This document shows, in pieces, positions 23,741 to 35,890 of a stretch of 64,000 nucleotides of DNA. Made by a program: the position numbers and the translations under genes. The stretch's first letter is position 1; each line of letters opens with the position of its first letter. Source of the stretch: Diadema antillarum (taxonomy: Eukaryota); assembly GCF_040938485.1 (NCBI RefSeq), contig NW_027270990.1, positions 310,001 through 374,000 on the forward strand, read 5' to 3'. The notes under the pieces are model-generated. The model was given only the letters and a program-made list of their open reading frames with translations. It was not told the DNA's origin and did no database searches.

Positions 23741-24512
23741 TTAAGCGTTGGTAAACTATTTCAAATTATTGCTGTCCATCCGCATGCTTACAACAAATGC
23801 TTGGCACGGAGAGTAACCTACATGTACACATGAAGCACATATTATGACTCTTAATCGATTGAAAATACAGTGCAGACTTCATTGTGTTGTTGTATTTGTG
23901 GTATGATATTGTCATGGCGTACAAGTGTATAGTGTTCACTTTGTACGAATGACAGCAAACAATCAACAGAACATGTAAACCAGAAATTTACACATATACA
24001 GAGCTGTACATACCTACCTATCCAGACGTACATGTGTAGTTTTAAATCGTTTATGCCAAAAGGTATTTCTTTTTCACAGTTTTTTTTTTTTTTTTAATAT
24101 GTCTAGTGTCTTATTGCATCAATGCACTAATGAAGTGTTGAGAAACAATCCTCAAATATAGAAATATGAGTCTCAGGCCAGTGGACTACAAAATCATGGC
24201 ATTGTGCATCATGTTATTTGTTTATTTATTTGTTTAACAGCTGGTATGTATTGCACAACTTTGCTGTTAATTATGTCTGCTTTACCCTGAAAGATATTTC
24301 AGTAAAGACAGCCATGGCTGAGAAGGACTGTAGTTTCTGCAAGAATACTATCAATACCTACTCTCAACTGTGCTGCATGTGATCATTAAAGATGATTGCT
24401 AAAGTGCAATAAAAAGGCAAAATCCTCTATCCCTATGAATACCACCTACCGTGAACTAAAAATTGAATATAAATTGATAAATTGGACCATTCTCTGAACT
24501 CTTGAACACCAG

Positions 24513-24668
24513 ACGAAGGTGAAGCCGTCCCCCAAGAAACCCAAGCAGCCCAAGCCCCCCAAGCAGGCAGTAATTGAGGAGACTGTTGTGGAGGACAAGG
24601 CTGCCCCTGTAGAGGAGTCCATCCCTCCACCAAAGGAATCGCACACAACGAAGAGCAAGCCACCCAAG
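24513..24668 (+). CDS. RRBP1: RRBP1-like coding exon 2 (TKVKPSPKKPKQPKPPKQAVIEETVVEDKAAPVEESIPPPKESHTTKSKPPK), K/P-rich
   Basis: Acceptor CACCAG, donor AAG|GTACTC, 156 nt, phase 0/0. GC-rich codon usage like the other exons. Confidence 0.85.
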
Positions 24669-25532
24669 GTACTCTTCATATTAATGCTAAATTCGACCGT
24701 TATCAGTAGGAATAGTGTGCATGTCGTAACTATGGAATTCAGTCCCCTCATGGCTTTGCCTTGTCGGTTGAATATTCCATAATTACCTTATGCACACAAT
24801 TCTTAGTGATGCACACAGTCCTGTGTACCATTTGTATACTAGTACCTGGGCTACTATTTGAGTCTAGTGTAAGGTCAATGCACTATGGGAATAGTTATAT
24901 GAGTGTATTTGGGTGTGGTTACAGCATTACAAGCATATAAGATGGGCATACTGTGTTTTAATTTCTTTTTTTTTTTAAAGGATGAGGCCTATGTGCTCTG
25001 AAAATTAGTTTGCATAAATAAAAGCAGTGAAACAAGAGGAATAGGAATGTAAAAGCTGATGATAAAATTATGAAAATTCTGAATTTGTGGTCAGTCAAGC
25101 ACACAGTGGCAATTCCATGACGTAGAATTTGTGCTCATCTTTCCTGTGCATGAAATTCCATAAAATCTCTCTATTGCTTTATTTATCATTATTATTATTA
25201 TTATTTTTTTTGAGGGGGGGGGGGGTTTATTGTTGATTGGGATATTTTTTTTTCTGTTTCCTTTTTTTTTTTGCATGGAGGAATGTGTAGAAAAATACCT
25301 GTAATGACTGTGTCAAGGTTTTGTTTGTGTTGTTTGTTTGTGTGTGTGTGTGTTCGTGTTTGTTTGTTTGTTTTTGTTTGTGTGTGTGTGTGTGTGTGTG
25401 TGTGAGTTTCAGGGAAATAGGAGGTTTTAAGAATGACTTTCAAAATTTGCCTTCTGGCCATATCATGCAAGTTGCAGGGGAAAAACAAAAACAAAATGAT
25501 TGTAGCAAGGCCCTGTGTGTGTTTCTCTAAAG

Positions 25533-25674
25533 GTTGTCGAAGAGGTGGTGCAGAAGAAGGCCGCCCCTGTGGTGGCTGCTGCTGCCCCGTCCACCCAGGC
25601 AGCTCCGCCCCGCCCCGAGGAGGCATCTCCAGTGAAGGCTAAGAGCAAAGCCAAAGCTCCATCAGGAGATGCAG
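25533..25674 (+). CDS. RRBP1: RRBP1-like coding exon 3 (VVEEVVQKKAAPVVAAAAPSTQAAPPRPEEASPVKAKSKAKAPSGDA-G)
   Basis: Acceptor TCTCTAAAG, donor G|GTAAGA, 142 nt, phase 0/1. Confidence 0.85.
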
Positions 25675-25811
25675 GTAAGATGCCGGCCATGTTTTTGTGT
25701 AATCCACAAGGGGGGGGGGGGGGGATATTTGGCTACCAGATAGATGACCTCGTGACCTATGTATTCAAGGAAATGATTTCAAGGTTGCAAGAATGTGATA
25801 TGATCAGCTAA

Positions 25812-26952
25812 CTTGTTGTCCCCGCCGAACGAGTTCGAGCAGGGGACTATGAAACGGGCTCCGTACGTGTGTGTGTCCGTGTGTCCGTCCGTCCGTGTGT
25901 CCGTCCGTCCGTCCGTGTGTCCGTGTGTCCGTGTGTGCGTCCGTGTGTGATCAAAATCTTCAATTTGCTACTTCTCTGTCATTTATGAGCCAATTTTGAT
26001 TCTGTTTGCTTTATATGATAGCACTACATGGGAGCTTTGAAACTTCTACACAGAATTTCAGTCGTGACCTTTGACCTTGACCTTTGACCTATATTGTACA
26101 TTTTGCTACAAAATGCTACTCCTTCGCCATTTCTAACCCGATTTCGATTCCGTTTGCTTTATGTGATGGCACTAGGTGAGGGCTTCAAAACTTCTACACA
26201 GAATTTTGACCTTTGACTTCTTTGACCTTTGACCTTGATTTTTTGACCTATATTGTACATTTTGCTACAAAATGCTACTCCTTCGCCATTTCTAACCCGA
26301 TTTCGATTCCGTTTGCTTTATGTGATGGCACTAGGTGAGGGCTTCAAAACTTCTACACAGAATTTTGACCTTTGACTTCTTTGACCTTTGACCTTGATTT
26401 TTGACCTATATTGTACATTTTGCTACGAAATGCTACTCCTTCGCCATTTTTAACCCGATTTCGATTCCGTTTGCTTTATATGATGGCACTAGTTGAGGGC
26501 TTCAAAACTTCTACACAGAATTTTGACCTTTGACTTCTTTGACCTTTGACCTTGATTTTTGACCTATATTGTGCATTTTGCTACAGAATGCTACTCCTGC
26601 GCCATTTCTAACCCGATTTCGATTCCGTTTGCTTTATGTGATAGCACTAGGTGAGGGCTTCAAAACTTCTACACAGAATTTTGACCTTTGTCTTCTTTGA
26701 CCTTTGACCTTGATTTTTGACCTATATTGTACATTGGCTACAAAATGCTACTCCTTCGCCATTTCTAACCCAATTTCGATTCCATTTGCTTTATGTGATG
26801 GCACTAGGTGAGGGCTTCAAAACTTCTACACAGAATTTTGACCTTTGACTTCTTTGACCTTTGACCTTGATTTTTTACCTATATTGCACATTTTGTTACA
26901 AAATGCTACTTCCGGCGGGGACATATGTTACGCACCGCGTAATTTCTACTTT
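25812..26952 (-). mobile_element. Non-autonomous Helentron/HINE element C with about six 158-bp central tandem repeats
   Basis: Hairpin GTCCCCGCC...GGGGAC (25818-25847). GTCC/GTGT microsatellite at 25866-25950. GACCTATATTG units at 26086, 26245, 26403, 26561, 26719 and about 26877. Subterminal GGCGGGGAC at about 26914. Confidence 0.85.
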
Positions 26953-27064
26953 TCCTTGTTATATATAGTTTGCTGGTGCGCACGTCTTACAGCAATAAAC
27001 TTAAGCCAATCCATAAGCTTGATTCATTTGTTAGCCACCAGTTAACACTGCATTATGCATTGTT

Positions 27065-27069
<5 letters not shown>

Positions 27070-27118
<49 letters not shown>
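27070..27118. repeat. (TG)n microsatellite
   Basis: Pure TG run of about 24 units. Another compound TG/TTTG tract lies at 25320-25405. Confidence 0.95.
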
Positions 27119-27121
<3 letters not shown>

Positions 27122-27774
27122 TGTGTCTTATTGTTTGCATGTATGCTTCAGATTCTTTCAAAATTTGTTTTAATTTTTACCCAGCCACTTGTTGCAAGTG
27201 AGATTTTGCAGTCTTCTAAAGATTGTCTGTTATTCAGTCATGCATGCAAAGATCCAAATGAAAAGGGTGCCAGAAATGCCGCGAGGATAACTCTACCAAG
27301 ACATATCATGAAACCCATGATTGAATGTTACTTCAAACGAGATAACTTCAAAATGATGCGGACATTTTTTTCAGACTCCACTCTGTATAGAGAACATGTG
27401 TCTTATTCAGCACAAGTGGTTTCTACAAAGACACTATTTAGAGTGCGCTATGCCCAAACGGTGCATACTTTGTGTGGATGAATATCAGATGCACTGCACT
27501 GTCTGTTTCCAACGTCATGGTCTCTATCTGAGTGAAATGCGCATGCCAGATATTATGCATTCCGTTTGGGATGAATATGAATACAAAAGTAGTCAAATGA
27601 TTCTGCTGGTGTATTAAGGTTTAATCATTCTAATGAACATTTGAAGTGTGTCTTGAGTGGTGGTAATGCAAAGTATTTTGGGAAAAAAGAGGTGTGATTG
27701 TGACAGTATTGTTTGCCGTAACAGAAATAGTGCTGCAGTGATTTACTTACCATAGTTTTGGCTTCCTGCAGGTA

Positions 27775-27964
27775 CTGTAAAACGAGAAATGTTCGCGTGC
27801 ATTTTAATTTCGCGAATTTCGCGAGCGCCAAGATTCGCGAAATTTCTTATCTACATTATATGCATTGAACGCAAGTGACAATTCGCGAAAATTTCTTGCC
27901 GCGAAAAAGGCCGTCGGCTCCAATTCGCGAAAATTTCGTGCCGCGAATATATCATGTTTTACAG
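27775..27964. mobile_element. CTGTAAAAC MITE, copy 2
   Basis: TA|CTGTAAAAC...GTTTTACAG|TA. Near-identical to 11651-11857, same orientation. Confidence 0.85.
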
Positions 27965-28224
27965 TAGTTTTAAAAAACCAAACAAGTGGGGGGGGGGGGG
28001 GAAGGAGATATCTGAGGATCTTTTAAAATGAAATATGTGCCACACGGTTCTGTACGGACAGCTTTTTACACTGTAGTTAGTCTTACTCTGCATGGTTTAT
28101 GTTCTTAGATATATGTGAATATTGTATGAACATATTTGTTGGATGCTGCAGCACAGTGGAGGTCCTCATACCACTTGATCAGAAATATTGCAGACTGACA
28201 TCATTGTAGGAAATGTTGTGTTAA

Positions 28225-28581
28225 AGGGGATGGCTAGTAACTGATCAGTGGGAATCAGTGGGAATGCTGGAGGATGATTGTTCCAATCCTTGTGGGATTC
28301 ATTTAAGAGTACATTATATATCTATTGTTGTGTGAATATTATTTGCTTCAGAATGGTCTCATATTCAAGTAATGTGCAGTTTAATGTTTCCAGGTTAGCG
28401 TGCCTGGTCAGTGACGGGGCATTAATCTGCACATTACTTGAATATGAGACCGTTCTGAAGCAAATAATTTTCACACAACAGTAGATATATAATGTACTCT
28501 TAAATGAATCCCACAAGGATTGGAACAATCATCCCTCAGCATTCCCACTGATTCCCACTGATTGGTTACTAGCCATCCCCT
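28225..28581. mobile_element. Kolobok-type fold-back MITE (TTAA TSD; TIRs of about 160 bp cover almost the whole element)
   Basis: TTAA|AGGGGATGGCTAGTAAC ... GTTACTAGCCATCCCCT|TTAA. The two ORF-track peptides 28278+ and 28322- are near-identical because of the palindrome. Confidence 0.88.
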
Positions 28582-31500
28582 TTAAGGAAAATGGCTCTAT
28601 TATTGGTATAATGGCTTCGTGTTTTGTATACTTCAATATAGCAGGAATAAACTCAGCTGCATAGGAGCTGTACATTTTTAATGGCAAGGAGGTTATTTTG
28701 ATGTTTTTCATAGCAATCTTTCTTGCAGATAGGTATTTTTTAATTTCCTGCATCTGATGGTAGAATTTATAGATGCACTCTTTTCAGTAATTCACATTTC
28801 TTTTTCTATTTAAAAAAAAAAAAAATCGGTATTATACAGATGTCTTGAATGTGTTATTCTTGTACATAGAGGTTACTGTCGTACAAAACACAAGAACAGA
28901 TGCCCGGTGCTACATTGATGAAGATGTCTGCCATATGGCATGATATCATTAGTGATACATTGAATCTGTGGTGTTGGTGGTGCGAACAATTGGTGGTATC
29001 TGTCTCGTGCGTGTGCTACTATAGTCTTTATTGATCAATCCGTTGAAGCGTCCATGGCGAGGTATGTCAAGCTCTGTCTGTGAGCAGGTGCAGGCAAAGT
29101 GCTTTGGAAGTACAGTGCGTGTATGTAATAACTGTGCAGTGATTTAGCAGGCAGATTTCGGTGATATTTAAATCCATGTTGCCTGGAATGACATTGTACC
29201 TGTACAATATGTAGGTTGTGTGAACTGTGAGCGAACACAGCAAAATTGATTGTACAAGTTGTAGGTCCTGTTGGTATGAAACCATTGATTAGGTGATGAG
29301 CATCTTCCACTGCAAATGAAAGCTTTCAGTAGTCTAGATTTATCAGAAGTGCACGTAATTTTCTAGTCAGTCAGTTATTTATTTATTTTTAAATCTGTCA
29401 CCCATGATATGTCAACCTAGTCTAGGGCTACACACTTAGAATACAGTACGAGTTATAAGATATGTGTTGTAAAATGAAAAACACTTTACGAAAGCAATCA
29501 CATTCTTTGTTCTACCTTGTGTTATCTTGTCTATTATTCCCAGGGCTAGTAGTGATACATGTAGGAAGATGCTTGTCATTAATGTAGCAATACATTTCAG
29601 TTGTGGCATTTGTTTGTTGCCCATGATTGAATTTTGGAATCACTTGATTTCTTGTGTGAATGGCTTGATTATAGATCTGTTGCATGTGGAAGAACAAGAA
29701 GCACCGAAATGCAAGCGAGATATGCTAAAATGACCTCTTTTTTTTTGGATGTCTTTCATATGTATGACCCAAAGGTTAGAGTTCTTTTGAAACGATGAAA
29801 ATAACCTGATTCAATTTTAACCCTGTACATACTTTCTTTTTCGATGGTACAGTGTAATTTTTATATATAATATGTATGTATTTTTTTTATCCAAAAGAAG
29901 TTTATTTTTCTACATTCTAGCTTATTTACCCCCTGGTTATAGTTGAATTCATTTATTGTTAATTTGTTTGTTTATTTGTGTTTTTGTTTATTTGTTTTTT
30001 TTTATACAAGTAATTTTTGTTGTTGTTGTTATGGTTTTGTTTTGTTAAGTAAAAACTTAATGTCATTTGCAATGGGCCATACAGTGTTGATGGTTTTCAT
30101 GGGTTGATCCTTATAACTAGTTGTGGAAATATAAGCCTTGTTGACTAACAGTGTATACTATGATGACCAAAATAATAATGACAAATGAAGAAAATTCCAT
30201 AAAATTTTGCCCCAACAATCCCCCCCCCCCAATAATAGGTAGCACATGTCATGTTGGATAGTAGTGCTATCTCAAATTCGGTATGTGGCCTCATGTACGT
30301 TGGCATTTGCATGCAGTTTGATGACATTAAACATGAAATGTCAATAGCATTGATACTCTGTTTCCGGTCAGGAAATCAATATTTTATTTTTACTGCAGGA
30401 GTTACTGTTTGCTTCTAGTTCTGTGAAATGGTTAAAAAAAAACCCCAGAAAGCACTTACATGGAAGTGTGGTTTTAGGAGGAAAAGGTTATGAAGAGCAG
30501 AATTATTGTCATGTCATTGTCACCAGCACTCAAGGATTATAATAGGCCTATTTATTTCATTTGCGGTTAAAAAAAAGGCAAAACAAAATACAAATTTGAT
30601 CCTCTATCCTGATATGATGCATCGGAAGCACATTGCTTACTTGTGTTTTCGTGTGTACACGCTCGGACGCGTCCTGTTTTTGATTGGTGTGGTAGAGGAC
30701 ATGATGAGAACATGGGAAATGGGAAGTATTTGTTTTGAAGCACACCGCAAAGGGGGGGGGGGGCCTTGGCCTTTGTCCCCGTGCGGCCACTCACTGAGGC
30801 TGCAGATGGTGACACTACGTTGGAATCTTAAATGAGTCCTGGGTACGTGTGGCTAAAGACTTCACGGCCTAACTCCAGTTCCTTGATCACCCCGTGGCCA
30901 GACTATTTCCTTTCGGTGGGGTCGAACTCCCGCCCGCCTGAAATAGACGCCCTCAAAATAGAGAAACGGGGAGAGGAAGCTCCGCTAATGACGGGCGAGT
31001 GCATGGTTGAGAAATCTTCATTATACAATGTGTGCATAGGCTGCAAGAGAGAGAGCCTTTATGATGCAAGATTGTGAAATCACAACTCTCATATCTTTCC
31101 AACAAATTCATGGAGAATTAAGTACATTGTAAGCACTTATGTGATTACTCAGATGAGTTACAACTCCAAATATTTCATGCAATTTCTGAGATTTTGAGTA
31201 CACTTATGTTTGTGTGAATAAATAGTAAATAGTATCCTTATAAAAGAATTATGATCTTGATAGGTATACTCGTGCAAAATCCGATATATTTCGGTTCTAT
31301 GTTTTAGACTTGGGTCATGATGGGATGTGTTGATGTCATGTTGTTGACGTCAGCAAAAAATGGTGAGAATTTCAAAGGGAAATTAATCCCACATATGAAT
31401 AAATGAGTTGGGATGGCTTCATTTTGTATAATAATTCAGAATGTGGACACAGTGTTATATATTGATCATGGCTGGACAGAGGTGTGTTGCAGTATGAGTC

Positions 31501-34500
31501 AGTAGTAGTGCTACATGTATGTCCTGCTCTTGTTCATGTATTTGTGCAGGATGCTAATTATCCAATTGTTCCCCTGATGGAATATGTACACATATATATG
31601 TGAGAATCATGTAATGTAGATGTCTTAGAGTCTAACAGGTGATTTTGTTTGTTTGTGTTAAAATTTGAAATGGCCAAGAAGGAAACATCAAAATTATTGA
31701 TTGAGCAAACTACTATGGGACTAATAAAAGCCCCCTCCAAAGCACTTGGCAATGAGGATCGGGTGCCTTGCCCCAGGGCACAACCACTGCTGCCAGCTCA
31801 CACCTTGTACTTGAGCCAGGTATTTCACAGATTGAGAGTGCATGGTCTGAACCACTTAGCCACTTTGGCTGTAATGCACTATCGTATGTGAACTAGTTCT
31901 TTCCGCTCTGGTGGGCATTTTGTGAGACTTGCTCTGGAAAGAATAGGGATTGTCACTGTTGTACACTGTGCAGTAAGCTTCTCTCTGGAATGGGCTGGTT
32001 GTTGACCCCCCTCCCCCTCCCATTTCTTCTATTGATCATGGCTTTAATGACAGATGATCAGTTCCTCATTTTTTCTTAGCATAATGTATTAATTTGAACA
32101 GAGTATGAGTGAGGTTCTTTCTGGTTTTAAAAAAATATCAATGTGCCCATAGTGATGATCAAAAAGGACTGACATTCAAAATTAAGACCTGTTGAAAAGT
32201 GTTTACTGTTAAAAGTATTGATGCACATAGTACATACAAATTGTACTATGCTAATCAAGATATCCCGTAATGTGGACCACCCCAGTATAAAAGTACAGTA
32301 ACTTGCTAAATTGTGTTTCCCTGTTTTTATCACATCTATGCTCGATGGTTTGCCTTCTGGGAGCCACAAGGGCAGATATTTGACATTGAGATGCAATATC
32401 CAAGTGAACAGTGTAGTGATATTTCTTGTGAATGTTATGAACACTTGGCCAAAAGCAGCAAGTACAGTATCTATTTCTAGCCGTGTCCTCCCCTTATCTT
32501 CTGTTCAAAGTGACTGCCAAGATTGTAGTAGCATATGACACTAAGTGCGTAAAAATGGGGATTGATATTCAAGTATTTTGATGAGCTTTCAGGAGCTGTG
32601 TTCATGTGTTTAGCCAAGAAGTGCACCGTCTCATGAACTTTTGCCAAGGTTTCCTGGAGTGTCACTGTTGTCATGTCATATCATGCAGGCTACTAGCTTC
32701 ACTCAAGTGAATATGTGTCATGTACTGTTGGAATCAGTTTTTTATTCAGAGCACATCTGTTATGACTACTTCTTGTAGTGTATCCTGCTGTTGGGAGTGC
32801 CACAGCAAACACTAATGATAACTGTCACCTTTCAGAGATATGGAAGAGCTTTTTTTAATGATAAATGGGTTGAAAGGCCAGAATATGTTGATGACTGTAC
32901 CCCAATCTACTGACAGATTCCTGTGTTTGATATTAATTTATTGGTTACAGAATGATGTTGACTTGAAGCTTCCTGTTTTGTTGACAAAAATCATATCAGA
33001 AGTATTTTTTTTTTCCAAATCAGCAAGCATGTGAAGACAGATTTGATGACATTAGTTTGGAATTAACATGTAGTGTACTCATACTTGTGTAGACTGATAT
33101 GATTGAAGAATTGGTGGGGATTGCCAGCCACGGCTTGATTTGAGACATAGTCATGCGATGCGACGTGCCCTTCGTCTGGTGGGTGACCCAGTGCGGATCT
33201 ACATGTGGGCTCGAAATGCGCCGACCCTCATGCTTCTATGTTGCTGTGATACACGGCGTGTGCAGTAACCGCCCTCTTCCTGCCAAGTAACGCACAATCC
33301 TTGGAATTAGCGTGCAGTCTCCCAGCGGGGCAGGCCTCTGGGTATTAGTCTTGTGCCTGCTATACCTTGATCTGTGTGCCTCTTGTACCCACTGTCTTGC
33401 TATCATGGAAAGACAAGGCTCCATTCAGTTTGTTTTCCAGGATCTCATCCAGTGGTTATCTCTCATTAGTCCATGATTAGACTTGCCTTTGTTTGTGATG
33501 TAAGTAGCGAGTACAATATGTAGTATGAATGACCTTAGAACAGACAGGATTTTTATCTGTTTCTTTCAGATTATGTGAATTCATGGATTAGGTGTAGAAG
33601 ATGGGGAATCAAATGTAGTAAGTTTCATATGGGTTCATTTGGGACTAGGTCTGTACTACAAGGAGTACCAGGTAGTGGTACAAGAGTTGTTGCACAAATG
33701 ATTTGGAAAATTATTGGCAATCACTGATATGAAAATAATGACAGTCTAGAAAAAGACTAGCACTATTCCCCCCCCCCCCCAATCAAGGACATGCGAGGTA
33801 ACAGGCATCTTCCCGCTTACCCTACAATGTGGAGTGTCTGTTTAGCGTGACGCTATTAGGCCATGACGTAGAGCTTGTCGTCATCATCAAACTCTTTTGT
33901 ATGACGAGAGTTGATTTAAGGGATGGCGCATGAAAACGCTCGCTTGTATATTAACTGAATGAGTCATTGCGTGTCTGCTGCATTCTAGAAATTGAACAAG
34001 TTGGGGGGGGGGGGACTTCAGCGCATATTTATTATTCTGAGACATGCGACTGGCTGTTACCTAATGATGTTGTTCGATGTCTGTACTGCACTCAATGTGT
34101 TTGAATTTACTACACTACAGTCTTCATCTTGAGTCGTGTAAGTGATAGGCAACTGCTCAAGTGAAGTACAATATAGTAGGACAAGGATTGATTGTCCTTC
34201 ATGCAAAAGAAGAATGATGTCCCCCTGTATACAAATATTGAACTTTCCTCATATGATTCCAACCATATGTGTACAGGTACTGTATCTTGTTTGTAAAACT
34301 AAGATGATTAACCCAAGCAGGTTTATGCCACTGTTTTTGGTAATCATGCCCAAATATTCTGAAACATTGTGTGCTGTAGATCTTTTCTTGCTATTAAGGA
34401 CTTGGACTAATGTCTGTTACATCGGTAGTGCTTTAGGAGGTTTGAAGATGAAGTCAAACCGAGTGAGAATGTTGCGATAAATGTGGCCTTTTTTTTAGAG

Positions 34501-35814
34501 ACACCCCCCTGTTGGCAGACCATAATTATAATACATGGATGAAATTACTCACCTGTTGCTTAAGTACACAAGTTGTGTCCCTGGCTCATGTTTGTCTGTG
34601 TGTGTGTGGTTGTGTGTCTGTGGGGATGCTTCTGTGTGCGTAGTGGAGTGACGTGTGTAGTGGAGTGGCTTGTACACGTCAGACCTACTGAACATATGGC
34701 CTGTGTCCATGTGTACATGTGTGGTGGGTAGGGCACACGTGGCACATTTCATCATTGCTGTACTACTCTATCACATGTGGCATATCATTGGCTGTAGTGT
34801 TCAGGGAGTTTGTTAGTGCTCAGGAATATATTAAATTTAACATTGGGCAGTTGATTCTCTTTATCATAAGCACCATGAGCCCCTTCAAAGGCAGATATGG
34901 TACCAGTGGTATACAAGAAGCCATCATCATCATCATTAATGAGAAGTTGTGACAATTCCATATGTAATGCACTAAGGTGAATGAATAGGACCTATAGTAT
35001 TTGGCAGTTGACTTGGTGAAGGTTTGTAAGGCAAAATTCATTGGACTGATAATTGAAAATATATTTGTACATGTTGAACATTAAATATTTATGTTTAAGG
35101 TTGTACATGTATACGTCAACAATTCTGAAAAGTCTAGTATGATTAGGAATGAAAAAAGAAACCAGAAAAATTTAACTGTTTTCTTCAGACAACTATAATC
35201 AGTAAAATGCAGCTCTGTAGATTGTGCAATTGTATGCATATAAACTCTCAATGAATGTGATTTTGGCACCAACTGCGATTTTGGTTGGATTTGTATAGGA
35301 TATATTGATGCATGAATGCCTTTGATGCATTATTAACTGCATCAAATGCTCCTGTCTTGGTGTGGTCATATGGCATGTGAGTCTGTATTCATAGAATCAG
35401 TCATCTTGTCCAGATGTCCAGGTGTATGTACATGATACAAACAAACTCGTGTGCAGTAAATCCAGGGTAAAAGCTCTGACATTGACCATAAGTATCGCCA
35501 ATCAATGCCGTGAGGTAACATCTGGCGTTTTTTGCCACTTGTTGTATTGGGTTGGCCCTTGATGGTCATGTCTTACATGTATTTCATTGAGATGCGTATT
35601 CACTGTTTGCTGTAAAATGAAGGAGACTTAAACAGGTAAATGTGATTTTAGGAATTGGACTATATAAATCTGGATTTTTTTTTTTTTAATGAGAACATCA
35701 TAGGCAGTGTTACCCAAGTATGCTGAACATCTAAACCACTAAGTATACTTCTATGCATTTTTGTTGTACCGGTACATTTGCATTTGTGTCTACTGCTGTA
35801 TTTGTGCTGGGATT

Positions 35815-35890
35815 ACGAAAAAAAAAACACAAAAAAAAACCCAAAACAAAACAAAACAAAAACAAACAAGCAAACAAACAAACAAACAAA
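35815..35890. repeat. A-rich (AAAC/AAAAC)n microsatellite
   Basis: Visible aaaac and aaac units. Confidence 0.85.

Noticed and set aside
25950-26910. Regularly spaced repeats (also 38700-39800 and 62100-63250) superficially like CRISPR arrays
   Set aside because: Whole units are repeated with no unique spacers, the context is eukaryotic and there are no cas genes. These are TE central tandem repeats.
28278-28528. Two near-identical 68-aa ORFs on opposite strands
   Set aside because: Artefact of the palindromic MITE.
30832-31077. 81-aa ORF, or a B-box (GTTCGACCC on the minus strand) SINE head, in the long intron
   Set aside because: No recognisable homology or compatible splice phases. The A-box is poor and its spacing long.
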